A stretch of DNA of 63,532 nt, filler included, from Asterionella formosa (lineage: Eukaryota), in NCBI GenBank assembly GCA_002256025.1. It is 3 parts of 3 records of this genome, joined end to end, with 100 filler letters (N's around TTAATTAATTAA, not from the genome) between each part and the next. Parts side by side here need not be neighbours in the genome. Positions count along the whole stretch, not along the records: positions 30,837 to 61,501 come from NKIB01000823.1; 2 more parts are not named here. One strand, 5' to 3'. The position numbers and the translations under genes are program-made. Every line of letters begins with the position of its first letter. Position 1 is the stretch's first letter. Positions 47,937 through 58,409 of this stretch are shown here, one piece after another. A model generated the notes under the pieces. The model made no database searches. It was given only the letters and a program-made list of their open reading frames with translations, and was not told the origin of the DNA.

Positions 47937-50099
47937 ATGGTATTTTCCTCGTCCTCCTCGTCGTCTTCCGAAGAGATTCCAACTCGTCGTCGTTCCCCAC
48001 AACGACTACGCGTTTTGGAGATTTTCGACAGCAGCAGCGACGACGAATCAGACAATACTATGAATAAGGAAACCATAAAACAAAATCATCCAGAATCGCA
48101 AGACACGCTGCTGGCCACCCAATCACAGGCTCCATTGATTTCGAAACAGCAGACTCCCAAAGCCAACAGGAAGCGAAATTACGGTGGTCGCAATCATGAT
48201 GGAATTCCATCTGTAATTCAAGCCAGGGATACTCCAGGCTCGATTGCCATGGAGAGCATGACTCAGGCATCATTCATTAATACGAAGCTAGAGGCCATCA
48301 CCGTGGAGAAGGATCAAGAGGAGAAACGAACCAAAGGTGCTGCCCGAGTATCATTATCCCCGGAGAAACCAAACCTCTTGCTCTCCAAGGTTCCCCGTAG
48401 TACCAAATCAACCACACAGACCATGTCAGCGTTGGAAGCTATTGGCGTGAGGGATCTAGAAAACGACAGCGCTCACAATCTCATCAAAAGCAAAAGGGAG
48501 AAATCAGAGAGCATCAGTCAGGTCATGAACATGTCGGTGGAGGCAGTCAAGGCTTACGAGGAGTCCAAGGAAAGAACTGCCAGCAAGATTGCTCGTCAAG
48601 AAACAAATGCAGGTGCCGCAAAGAATCCAAAGGATGAAGCAGCAATTCAAAGGAAACCACTTCCTTCGGTTCTGGACGAAGGAGATATCCTGTCCCCCAA
48701 GCCCAATACATCGAGAAGGAGAAATTCCGTCGCATTGTTAGCTGTTGATGATGATGATGATATCGTACCACCTAAGACGAATAAATCCAAGAGAAAGTCC
48801 TTAGCTGTTGATGACGATGATATCGTACCACCCACGACGAATAAATCAAAGAGGAGGAACCGCGTTTTGGAGGTGGAAGATATCAAGCCTCCAAACCCCA
48901 AAAAACCCAAGACAAACGAGAAGTTGGAGCAGGCCGAACGAGCCGATGAAGGAAGTGCGAAACCAAAGGCAAAGAAATCACCCAAGAATACAGCCACGAA
49001 AAAGGCTTCATCAGAGGTTCCAAAGACAGCGAAAAATACCAAGAGGATGACACCTGCTGGTGACTCCAAAGCATCTAGCCCCACAGTTCAAACGAGAACA
49101 TCGCCAAGAGAAAAGGAAGGGAAGAAGAAGGTCAAAAATGAGGCGAACACGAAAATAGTGGTGGTCGAGTCAGCCAAAAACTCACCAGAGAATAAAGAAA
49201 AGATTGCAAGCAAGGTAGCCGAAGCGATTGAACCAGCATCCAAATCCCCCGCTCCTGCTCCACCAAAATCAAAAACCAAAAATAGGGTGGGGGTGGAATC
49301 GGTTGAAAATGCACCTGAGAATAAAATGAACGTGAAGACCAAGGTGGCTGAAGCGAATGAGAGAGCAATCAAACGTGCTACTCCCTCTCCTGTTCCGCTT
49401 AAGCCCAAAACAAAGAAAAGAACCTTTCAAGACCAAGTATTGGCGGAAATGTTCTTCTCTTGCAAACCATATACAATAAAGACGTTAAGTCAGGCCCTTC
49501 AAACAACTGAAGCTGCCCTCAATTATGTCATGCTTACTTTATTAGATAAGCAAATTGTGTTGAAAAAAGAATTCTCTTCCAGTGGGAGTGGTCGTTCCAA
49601 GGAACTCTATTGGGCCAATCAGGACTCCAAGGCCAAAGAAATTCAAGGATTGTTGGTCAGTCCACAAGAGATGGGTGCTACAGAAAAAGAGCTTCAAAGT
49701 GTCCAGCGTGAGCATGCAGAGCTCCAAAAGCAAATGGCCATACTGACACAAGAGTTGAGCAATGAAGAGGTGGATCGTCAAGTGCAGGATATGGAAGCAA
49801 ATGTTGCTGCACTCAAAATGTCTATTCTCGAGATACATACCCGCATCAAGGCTACCAAGTTCCAACCTCCAAAGAAGGGAATTCGACCAGCTGCCAAGGA
49901 GCGGTGTCCACGTCGTATGAAAATTCGAATCAATAACATGCGTGATGAATGGAAGCAACGTAAGACCAAGTGTATGGATTTTGTTGAGCAGGTTGCCGAT
50001 GGCATGGATAAGAAACCCAAGGATGTGATCAAATTGTTGGAGTTGGAAACAGACGAAATGGAAGGCGTGGTAATTCCTGTAAAACACGACATTGAATGA
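47937..50099 (+). CDS. HOP2: HOP2/TBPIP-like meiotic recombination protein with long low-complexity N-terminal extension
   Basis: Winged helix (KPYTIKTL..KELYWANQ), coiled coil and C-terminal EWKQRKTKCMDFVEQVADGMDKKPKDVIKLLELETDE. Confidence 0.75.
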   Translation: MVFSSSSSSSSEEIPTRRRSPQRLRVLEIFDSSSDDESDNTMNKETIKQNHPESQDTLLATQSQAPLISKQQTPKANRKRNYGGRNHDGIPSVIQARDTPGSIAMESMTQASFINTKLEAITVEKDQEEKRTKGAARVSLSPEKPNLLLSKVPRSTKSTTQTMSALEAIGVRDLENDSAHNLIKSKREKSESISQVMNMSVEAVKAYEESKERTASKIARQETNAGAAKNPKDEAAIQRKPLPSVLDEGDILSPKPNTSRRRNSVALLAVDDDDDIVPPKTNKSKRKSLAVDDDDIVPPTTNKSKRRNRVLEVEDIKPPNPKKPKTNEKLEQAERADEGSAKPKAKKSPKNTATKKASSEVPKTAKNTKRMTPAGDSKASSPTVQTRTSPREKEGKKKVKNEANTKIVVVESAKNSPENKEKIASKVAEAIEPASKSPAPAPPKSKTKNRVGVESVENAPENKMNVKTKVAEANERAIKRATPSPVPLKPKTKKRTFQDQVLAEMFFSCKPYTIKTLSQALQTTEAALNYVMLTLLDKQIVLKKEFSSSGSGRSKELYWANQDSKAKEIQGLLVSPQEMGATEKELQSVQREHAELQKQMAILTQELSNEEVDRQVQDMEANVAALKMSILEIHTRIKATKFQPPKKGIRPAAKERCPRRMKIRINNMRDEWKQRKTKCMDFVEQVADGMDKKPKDVIKLLELETDEMEGVVIPVKHDIE

Positions 50100-50162
50100 C
50101 GAACCACCATCAATGAATGCACATCTCTAATCTTTTATATGGTTCAATGGTTCATATTCCAA

Positions 50163-51326
50163 TTAAAGGGCACTTTCTATGACCACATTTAAAAGAATTT
50201 CCTTCACTTCGAACAAAGAGGGGTCAGAATTGTAGTTGGTATCAAAATAGTATGGATCAATTGAAACGTCTTGGTCTGCCATTCGTAGAATGAAGAGTAA
50301 TAAAAATCGAGCGTAGCACGGTAGGAGTCGAAAGCCTTGCTCCTCCAACAATAACTGTGCCCCTAGTGTAGCATCCAAGTCCAAGGCCACAGTAAAAGAA
50401 ATATTATCTTCATTGTCTGCCCAATCCTTGATCCTATCATTATTGATTGCACTTTGGTCGATTTGAGCGACTAATCCCTTGTCCACCATTATTTCCTCCA
50501 CGCTTTCCAAGGCTAATAGTCTATTTGCGAGCATATCAGTCTTGGACAGGCCTGTATCACGTGTTAGTGTGTAGTTAGGTTCCAGTAAGTTGAACAGAGT
50601 TTCTCCAAATCGTTGTTCAAAGGATTGCCTGAAGGGAACAAAATCAGTTTTGTATTCAAGAAGCAAGTCTCCATAGGTCCTAAAATGAGCGTAAGATATG
50701 AAATTAAATTGTTCCGCCGAAATCATCTCGCCAGCAAGTGATTGACTTGCCGATCGTTGAAAGGATGGTCTGACCAATTCCATCATATCTGCAACCTTTG
50801 TTTGTAGTTTCGTCTTGGATATTCCAGTAATTTCCGAAAATATAAGATCACTCGCTTGTATAATCTCTCTTGCAATTGAAATGTCTAGATCGTTCCGAGG
50901 CGGGATCTTCTTTTCCTTTGGTCTGCCAGGTTGCTTGGCACGTTGCGCCCCAAGTCCAAATGAATCTGAAAACTTTTCCCATTTGCCGTCTAATTTGTCC
51001 ATCACTTGGGCTCCTCGGACCACTGATTCTCGTACGGACAAGCCGAAATCAGAAGTAGTGATAATTTTATTAAGCTCGTCCACATCCCCCAATGCTGGCA
51101 AGGGGGCAAGTCCAGTAACGAGAAGCAGCAGTACAGCGCTTCGTCGTGACAAAATGTCATGCCTTGGTTGACTCCAGCATTCGGAAGCATGACGGTTTCT
51201 CTTGGGACGAACACAGGCTTTCGAAGAGAATGATGCAGTAACTGGGGAGATGAAGAGGAGCGTACAACAAATTAGAGCTAGTACATGCTGAGACACTCTG
51301 GACAAGGATGCGTTCTTCGTCACCAT
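50163..51326 (-). CDS. Hypothetical plastid (probably thylakoid-lumen) protein
   Basis: Signal peptide ending TAS-F, then twin-Arg-like SRRSAVLLLLVTGLAPLPALG; 387-aa ORF. Confidence 0.8.
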   Translation of the reverse strand: MVTKNASLSRVSQHVLALICCTLLFISPVTASFSSKACVRPKRNRHASECWSQPRHDILSRRSAVLLLLVTGLAPLPALGDVDELNKIITTSDFGLSVRESVVRGAQVMDKLDGKWEKFSDSFGLGAQRAKQPGRPKEKKIPPRNDLDISIAREIIQASDLIFSEITGISKTKLQTKVADMMELVRPSFQRSASQSLAGEMISAEQFNFISYAHFRTYGDLLLEYKTDFVPFRQSFEQRFGETLFNLLEPNYTLTRDTGLSKTDMLANRLLALESVEEIMVDKGLVAQIDQSAINNDRIKDWADNEDNISFTVALDLDATLGAQLLLEEQGFRLLPCYARFLLLFILRMADQDVSIDPYYFDTNYNSDPSLFEVKEILLNVVIESAL

Positions 51327-52058
51327 GATTGATTGATGTTGATGGTTATTTAATATTATAAATGATTTATTTTTATTTTGAAGGCTGATTCCGGGGATCC
51401 AACCTATTTTATTTATATAGTATTATATTAGTAACTGCATTTTGTTTGCCTCGATGCACTTGACTACCAGGTACCAGGTACCAGGTACCGTTACTGGTAC
51501 TGGTACTGGTGGTGCTGTACATCCTGTTGAAGACCTCTTTGGAGCTCAAAATAATCCCAAATTGCCATCAGCCACTCGATATCGTGACCATAATTTTTGC
51601 TTGCCTTCTTCACGCACGGTGCTGCTACCTGGTACCAGGTACCTGGTACCTGGTACTGGTACCAGTTATACTGATATATATGCAGTAAAATACGGTACCT
51701 GGTAGCGATTGTCTAATTGAAGTAGCTCACTGTCGTCTCTGTATTTATTAGAAGCACAGTCCACTGTCCATTTTATTATATGTACCGGTATATATATATA
51801 AATATAATAAAAGAATCGACCATTTTCATCCAAATTGTTTGATGTTTATCCATTCTTAAATATTTTCAAGAAAAAAATAAAATTGCTGTTGAGGGAAACT
51901 GAGAAACTGATATTGAATTCCAACACACACCCTCAGGGAGATCAAACAATAACCCATCCATCGAAGTAACAAACGCAAGCAATTCCTCATCAGCACATTG
52001 ATAGGCACGAGCGCATCAAGCCACCTGTAAAAGGTGCTGTCCACCAAAACATTCTCCC

Positions 52059-54836
52059 ATGAAAATCAAAATGAGAATCAGAAAGAGAATGACAGCGTCC
52101 GTTGTCGTTCATGGGGCTATATTATTTTGTCTGCAACAAGCAACAATACAAGCATTCGTCGCTCCACCACCACCTCGTGCCAATCACCAGCACTCAGCCG
52201 TACCAATATTCAAAGATAGCGTCGGTGGGAACTGTCGACACCAATCCATGGAAGCTAATGTCATCTCGGACGTTAAGAACGCACGGACATGCAGCGACAT
52301 TTACAGAATACTCAGAAATGCAGCTGTCTACAACGATAGTCCTGGCCACGGAACAATACCGATGCTGGGTCACAACAACAACAACAACAACACTGACGAA
52401 GGAGAAGAGCAAGATGATTGGCAGACCCTGCCAACACCTGAAGCAAGGGTATCGCCAAACATTGCTGCAGCTGCATTGAAGAAATTAGTAGTCATTATAA
52501 ATCAAGGGGACGAAGAAATCGAACTTGCCAATCAGATCATTCCGAGATTACTCAACAATATAGAACAGGCAACGTCGATACAGCAGCCACCAACGCTCTC
52601 ACTGTATGCACTCTCAGGAACGATCAGTGCTCTAGCACGACTATCACGACGCTCGTCCTATACCGATGCAACAACATTAGCACGGACCATTGTTGCCTGT
52701 CTGCAAGCGCAACTTCCAGAAGTAACACAAGCCAAGGAGACAGCCATGCTGGTACCGACTAGACTGGTAGCTATTATGGATGCCATGGTGGCTTTGAATG
52801 TGGTTTCTACAAAAGTGATGGTGGGGATAGTTACGAGATTGTCTCAATCGGGAACCTTAGGACAATTGGTACCATCAGACTTGGTCAGATTGCTGTGGTG
52901 TTTGCGAGACTATCAAGCACCACTAGTAGTAATGGTATTGAAACGATTAGGCAAGCAAGCAGTACACTCGAAATTGAAAGCCAACGAAGTTATCGTCGTT
53001 CTTCGTGCAGCAGTACACTTGAGTCAAACCGAGTTTAGTGGCGACGCCAATGCCATGGCGTATACTTTGATTAGAAGAGGTCTGATATGGTCGAGAGGAA
53101 CAAACAACGAAACCTTGGTGAATCAATTTACAGGGGGTCAAGTAGCAATTATTCTTCATGCCATTGAAAAGTTTGATTTGAAAGATTGTGACCATGTGAT
53201 GGAGCGACTTTGTGAAAGATTGACGCAACAAGAGGCATTCGAGAATACTGCAGATTACGAACTGGCCATATTATTGTCAAAAATGAGACATCTGAAAATG
53301 AACGGGTATCCACAAGTAGTGACCAGTATAGGACGAAGATTTCTACAGCGAGTTCAAAGTGGGTCTGACTGCATGGAAAGACAAACGATAATCTCCGTTT
53401 TGCGAAATGCCATGCACCTACAAGATCACAACGAAGCGACTATGGATTCATATCTGCAAGGCATGATCCATCTCATCAGCGACGATTCATTCTTGGATCA
53501 AACTACAGAATCAGATCTTGCCACTCTGGTGTGGTTCCTGGCCAAGGCTGGTCACAGTGATCACCGTAATCATTCGGAAATTATGATTCGACTGGGCGAT
53601 CGATTTCGTCGGCGAGCCTTGGACACTTACGATTTCTCACCCGAGAGCTTCAGTATGATTCTTCGATTTTCAGTTTTGTCGTTTGGATACAATAATCAAG
53701 TTATGGAGCCCTTTCTCAAGGCGGCGAAGTACCTCATTTTGGCGGAATCCATTCTCGTCAGATGCGAAGAACAAGAACTAAGGGATTTGGCGTGGTTTGC
53801 CGTTCGAGCTAAATGGGATGATGAACTGGTCATTTCGGCGATAGCCAAGCGTGTCTTGGATTCAGACCTCGTCGACGACTGCTCATCATCTGCTGCATAC
53901 AGCCTATTATCATCCTTTACAACGATGGCCCCTCGCCTCAATAGTGATCGTTATGACAAATTGTTATCCCAACTTTTTAACGTGTTGGGGACACATTTGC
54001 TGACAAACGATCTGAACCAGAAAGAAGCTGCCGATGCTTTGTATATCTATGCGAAAACCTGTTATATCTATGATATGGGAATTTTTGACCATTTGGCAAC
54101 TTTGCTGTTTAGTCACGTTGATGAGTGCAGCATTCGAGATTTGGCCAAAAGTCTATGGGCATGCGGCAAAATGTACAGCTTTGAAGGAGAGCAATCTGCG
54201 ACAGCAAACGCAGATGCACCACCATATTTAAAGTTTGCTCGTGAGTTTGCCACACGGTTAGTTCAACGGAGTAACGAGCTATTGCCTCAAGATGTTGCAC
54301 AGTCACTTTGGGCCCTTGGAAGTTTGTCCATCAGAGATGAGAGTATAGTTAGTCCACTGGCACAACGCGCTATGACCATAGCACCAGACTGTAATTCCCA
54401 AGAAATTGCCAATATACTTTGGGGTCTATCGAAGGTAGGATACTCGCGTATTGACGTGGTCCGGACACTATCAGCCCGGATCCGCAGCCCCGATTTGTCT
54501 CCTACCACCCAAGAGGCGGCCAACATTTTATACGCCTTGGGACGGTTACGAGTCGATGACGAAGCTACATTTACGATGCTCAGTCAGCTTATCATGGACC
54601 AGTTAGACACCTGCACTGCGCAAGCTATTGCCAATACGCTTTGGGCCTTTCATGAGCTGGGCTTATCACCACCTCATCGACTCTTGGAAGGGTGGGCGAG
54701 CGAAAAATTGGGTATGGTTGGATTTGTCAATGCTGCGGTGTCGGGCAAAGGTGATACTGGAATGCTTCCTGAGGATAATGATGTATTTGAAGGAGTTGTG
54801 CCTGATGTGCCTGATGTGCCTATGCGTAAGAATTGA
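52059..54836 (+). CDS. Plastid OPR/FAST-RAP-like helical repeat RNA-binding protein
   Basis: Presequence IQA-FVA; repeats PQDVAQSLWALG, SQEIANILWGLSK, TQEAANILYALG, AQAIANTLWAF. Confidence 0.85.
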   Translation: MKIKMRIRKRMTASVVVHGAILFCLQQATIQAFVAPPPPRANHQHSAVPIFKDSVGGNCRHQSMEANVISDVKNARTCSDIYRILRNAAVYNDSPGHGTIPMLGHNNNNNNTDEGEEQDDWQTLPTPEARVSPNIAAAALKKLVVIINQGDEEIELANQIIPRLLNNIEQATSIQQPPTLSLYALSGTISALARLSRRSSYTDATTLARTIVACLQAQLPEVTQAKETAMLVPTRLVAIMDAMVALNVVSTKVMVGIVTRLSQSGTLGQLVPSDLVRLLWCLRDYQAPLVVMVLKRLGKQAVHSKLKANEVIVVLRAAVHLSQTEFSGDANAMAYTLIRRGLIWSRGTNNETLVNQFTGGQVAIILHAIEKFDLKDCDHVMERLCERLTQQEAFENTADYELAILLSKMRHLKMNGYPQVVTSIGRRFLQRVQSGSDCMERQTIISVLRNAMHLQDHNEATMDSYLQGMIHLISDDSFLDQTTESDLATLVWFLAKAGHSDHRNHSEIMIRLGDRFRRRALDTYDFSPESFSMILRFSVLSFGYNNQVMEPFLKAAKYLILAESILVRCEEQELRDLAWFAVRAKWDDELVISAIAKRVLDSDLVDDCSSSAAYSLLSSFTTMAPRLNSDRYDKLLSQLFNVLGTHLLTNDLNQKEAADALYIYAKTCYIYDMGIFDHLATLLFSHVDECSIRDLAKSLWACGKMYSFEGEQSATANADAPPYLKFAREFATRLVQRSNELLPQDVAQSLWALGSLSIRDESIVSPLAQRAMTIAPDCNSQEIANILWGLSKVGYSRIDVVRTLSARIRSPDLSPTTQEAANILYALGRLRVDDEATFTMLSQLIMDQLDTCTAQAIANTLWAFHELGLSPPHRLLEGWASEKLGMVGFVNAAVSGKGDTGMLPEDNDVFEGVVPDVPDVPMRKN

Positions 54837-54911
54837 TTTGGAGACAATGTATCATAAAATTTCTGTCGTAACCTCGTTGACTATTTATTCTTTTTGTTCG
54901 TGCGATCAATT

Positions 54912-57785
54912 CTACCACCAGTAGTTGACGCTGATACTCGTAGTAAGGCTTCGAACGTAGTGCCAACAACCTGACGGTATAAACAGGCAATCACCAGGCA
55001 GAAGCAGTACCTCTTGGTATTTTGCTGAACTTGCGTTTGGATGTCTTGCCCAGTCCTCGAGCTCACAATTAACCTCGCTCATGTTCCCTTGGCTCGAAAC
55101 TCCTTCGTTGCTCTTGATACAATAGAGCTTGTCTGTTTCATCACAAGAGTAAACGCGAACATACTTGGCTCCTACCACTTGCACAAGCAAATTGTCGAAA
55201 CTGTCAAAATGCAGTGGTGTTCTTGTGCCACCCGTTCCCATCCATACATTTATGTGTGAAGGCCCTTGGTTGCCGCAAAGATACGGGCACAGCTCTACAT
55301 CCTCACCGAGCTCCGGGATTTGGGACAAAAGTGAGTGTTGCGCAAAATACGCTGTGTTGGACGATCGATCCTGGGAATCTGCCAAACTCCAGTATTCCTT
55401 TTCACTGCTCGGTCTGAGGAAATTTGCGATGAAGTTCCGAAAACTTAATAGTGACTCCTTCATTCCGTCTTCTTTCATCATGGAGCCCAACTCTATTGGG
55501 ATTATTCTATGGCCATGTTGGTGGGCGAGCTGCGAGAGATTTCGCCATTTCTGAGTTGCTGCCCAGTCCTTTGCAAATCCACGGAAAACAGTTGAAGTAT
55601 CGTTGTTGACAAATGATTCATTGAACGTCTCTAACTCGATATCACATGGAGATTCAAGAACAGGGTAGTCGATAGTTGACGACAGACCATATTGCGTGAC
55701 CATATCTTTGAGTTCTTTCATGTTGTAATCAAGAATTTGTCCTTCCAGCGCAGGCGCTAGCGGTCCCCGGGCCATTTGATTTGCAAAGTGTTCCACAAAA
55801 TCGACAAATCCAGATACTTCCTGACGGGGCAGTCCAAGTACCATGGCTCGGTCGAGGAGACGTTGAGCTTCTAGGAAACTTCCGACGTGACAAAATCCAA
55901 TGGCGGCTACCACGGAGGATGCGACAAGTGCACTCCTGTAAGCAGGATGTGACCAGCTTCCATGTTCTTGTAACATCTGGAAAAGGTTCATTGCTAGCTG
56001 AGAACCAAGCTGCTGACAAGCGACAATATTTCGATCGTTTAATGAATTGATGCATGATTGAAGCGACGTTGCCATGTTGTCATCACCTTTTGTATCCAAT
56101 CCATCAATGGACAACGCAGCGACTCGCACCGCAAAAGAGGACGCTTCGCCTAGAAGCATCATTGGGGTACGTCCGAGATTATTTTCGTTCAATTTTTCGT
56201 TAAGTTCTGCAAGTCGCTGAAGCAAAGATTCACTATCGCGCTCTTGCATTGTTAGATTTTCTTGGTCATTTTCACTGCCGTCGTCATCGCCAAATAATAA
56301 AGCATCTTCGTTCACTATTTTCTCAATACCTTCCTTATATTGATTCCCGTTTCGCTCGCTTTCACATTTGGCACATTGACAAACGAATCCATAATCGGCA
56401 AGCGCTTTTGTTCTGTTCTCCAATGTCTCCCATGCCTCAATGTAGCTAATACATAATTCTTCTCCTGCGCAAATGTCCTTCACAGCAACCATATGAGCCG
56501 CCAGCGGCTCACCCCAATTTCTCGTTCGATACAAAACCACAACATTTGGGTCGCAGGAATGATTCATTTTACAAGCCGTTGAAAACATGGCAGTCCCATC
56601 AAGTGGGTTAAATAATGCATCCAAGTCGTCTCCATCTGTGCTAAACTCTTCCATCGACAAGCACGCGAGGAATACGGCGATTTCATCATTAGAATAGTCC
56701 CATTGTTCGGGGATTTTTGTGTTATGAGTCTCGTTCTCTTGTTTCCCATTCCCTGTAGTTTCGTCATTGTTGTTCCAAACATTGTCGTTTGTTGTTTCTT
56801 CTTGTCCATTGCAATCACTAATGCCATCTTCATCTTCATTTTCAGTTCCTCCACATTCCTCATCTGCGCAATCGTCATCTACACATTCTTCCCCAGAAAT
56901 CATACCAGCTTTGGCCAAACATTGAATAACATCATGACGAAAGGTTCGCCTCAATTCGACATTAAATATTTCTCGACAAAGTGGATGTCGATTCCGTATG
57001 CCCATACTATTTTGTTCAAAAGACCCAATGAGTTTGGCAAAGAACAATGCATTGACGTAGGGATGATGATGAGGTAGATCTAGGGCATTTCTTAGTAGGC
57101 ATGCAGATTCTTCACACATGGTTCGCATGGATTTTTCCAAGATTGCTGCTTCTGCGAATCCCATGGGATTACTAGCACGCAGGAGTGGTTCGCAAGTGAC
57201 TGTCCACCAGGGGACCATGGTAAAGTCAGTAAATGACTCTACTGTTGTGTTTACATTCGTGGGATCTGCTAGGATTCTGACAATAACATCAGCAACTAGT
57301 AAAAATATTTCATTTTGTTCCATTGCGTGTTTTTTGAATGCTAGCAAGGGATGTCCGTCCTCCTGAATGCTCCCTGTACATAACAGTGAGTGCCCACCAG
57401 AGTGCCAAAAGTCTTGTTCACAGTCAGTGCTACAATATATTTCCCCGCATGCGTTGCGGCAGGGGACAATGCCAATAGTGCTACCGGTAGTACTGGAGAA
57501 CTGATTGTTCTTGGTAGAAGCGCCAGCTGCAGCAGCATGATAGTCGAGGATGGCATGTCGAGGTACGGACCCCGATGCCACCAATAGACATAGTTCAGGC
57601 CCTCCAGTGTAGGCGCGGCAGTAGCGACACACCAAGGCGCCAGTGTGTGCGTTGCCTAAGGATTGCAATGAACATAACGGACGTTCGACGAAGATAAGGC
57701 CACCTTTGGGAATGGACTTTGTTGCCACCAAGTGACGGCCTCGTTCAGGGGTGAATTGGCGTTTGTGAGAAACCTCAAACGGCAT
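54912..57785 (-). CDS. SET-MYND (SMYD5-like) methyltransferase fused to a JmjC (JMJD5/KDM8-like) domain
   Basis: RGRHLVATK, MYND Cys cluster, MNHSCDPN, EELCISY, post-SET CQCAKC. JmjC WMGTGGTRTPLHFD..GAKYV..LLPGDCLFIPSGCWHYVRS. Confidence 0.92.
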   Translation of the reverse strand: MPFEVSHKRQFTPERGRHLVATKSIPKGGLIFVERPLCSLQSLGNAHTGALVCRYCRAYTGGPELCLLVASGSVPRHAILDYHAAAAGASTKNNQFSSTTGSTIGIVPCRNACGEIYCSTDCEQDFWHSGGHSLLCTGSIQEDGHPLLAFKKHAMEQNEIFLLVADVIVRILADPTNVNTTVESFTDFTMVPWWTVTCEPLLRASNPMGFAEAAILEKSMRTMCEESACLLRNALDLPHHHPYVNALFFAKLIGSFEQNSMGIRNRHPLCREIFNVELRRTFRHDVIQCLAKAGMISGEECVDDDCADEECGGTENEDEDGISDCNGQEETTNDNVWNNNDETTGNGKQENETHNTKIPEQWDYSNDEIAVFLACLSMEEFSTDGDDLDALFNPLDGTAMFSTACKMNHSCDPNVVVLYRTRNWGEPLAAHMVAVKDICAGEELCISYIEAWETLENRTKALADYGFVCQCAKCESERNGNQYKEGIEKIVNEDALLFGDDDGSENDQENLTMQERDSESLLQRLAELNEKLNENNLGRTPMMLLGEASSFAVRVAALSIDGLDTKGDDNMATSLQSCINSLNDRNIVACQQLGSQLAMNLFQMLQEHGSWSHPAYRSALVASSVVAAIGFCHVGSFLEAQRLLDRAMVLGLPRQEVSGFVDFVEHFANQMARGPLAPALEGQILDYNMKELKDMVTQYGLSSTIDYPVLESPCDIELETFNESFVNNDTSTVFRGFAKDWAATQKWRNLSQLAHQHGHRIIPIELGSMMKEDGMKESLLSFRNFIANFLRPSSEKEYWSLADSQDRSSNTAYFAQHSLLSQIPELGEDVELCPYLCGNQGPSHINVWMGTGGTRTPLHFDSFDNLLVQVVGAKYVRVYSCDETDKLYCIKSNEGVSSQGNMSEVNCELEDWARHPNASSAKYQEVLLLPGDCLFIPSGCWHYVRSLTTSISVNYWW

Positions 57786-58409
57786 GCTTATTGTAACTTA
57801 TAATACAATGATGGGTGGTGTGCTGTGCTGTGCTGTGCTGTAATCTATTGCTTTGTCCTACCAGGAACCAGGGCACTTTGGATGATTGATGTGCTGCATG
57901 TACCGGTAGTCTTTCTTAAATTTTTGCTTTGACTTTTTGTTTTTATTATTATTTTTTACCCATGATGATGTTATGATGATACTTGTGATACTGTCCGTGG
58001 TACCAGGTACTGGTATTTATCATCTGGCTGATGACTGCAGGAGGACCAGTAATTTTATAAGTGGAGGCACCTAAGATACAAAGGTTGAGCCACAGCAGGA
58101 TAATCTTTACATACCAGGCATGCTGTTACACCAGGCAGAGCAAAGTGTCAGTGCAAAAGTTATCATGATACTAATATGATTGTGATGTACCTGGTACATG
58201 GTATATGGTATTTGGTACAGGTACTCCGATTCCCTTTTTTGAGAGGATCATTGATGAAAAGATAGACGATAATGATTATGAATGTTCTTCGGGATAGTCA
58301 TCAACATCATCTTCCTATCATCGTCCCATCACATCAGCATCATCATCAGCATCGCTCGTAGCAAGCAGCATTATCTGAATCACTCATTCATAGAACTAAT
58401 GTATGTGCC

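Noticed and set aside
51465..51490. (TACCAGG)n as an interstitial telomeric repeat
   Set aside because: Not TTAGGG-like, and unit orientation flips within clusters; treated as the palindrome family instead
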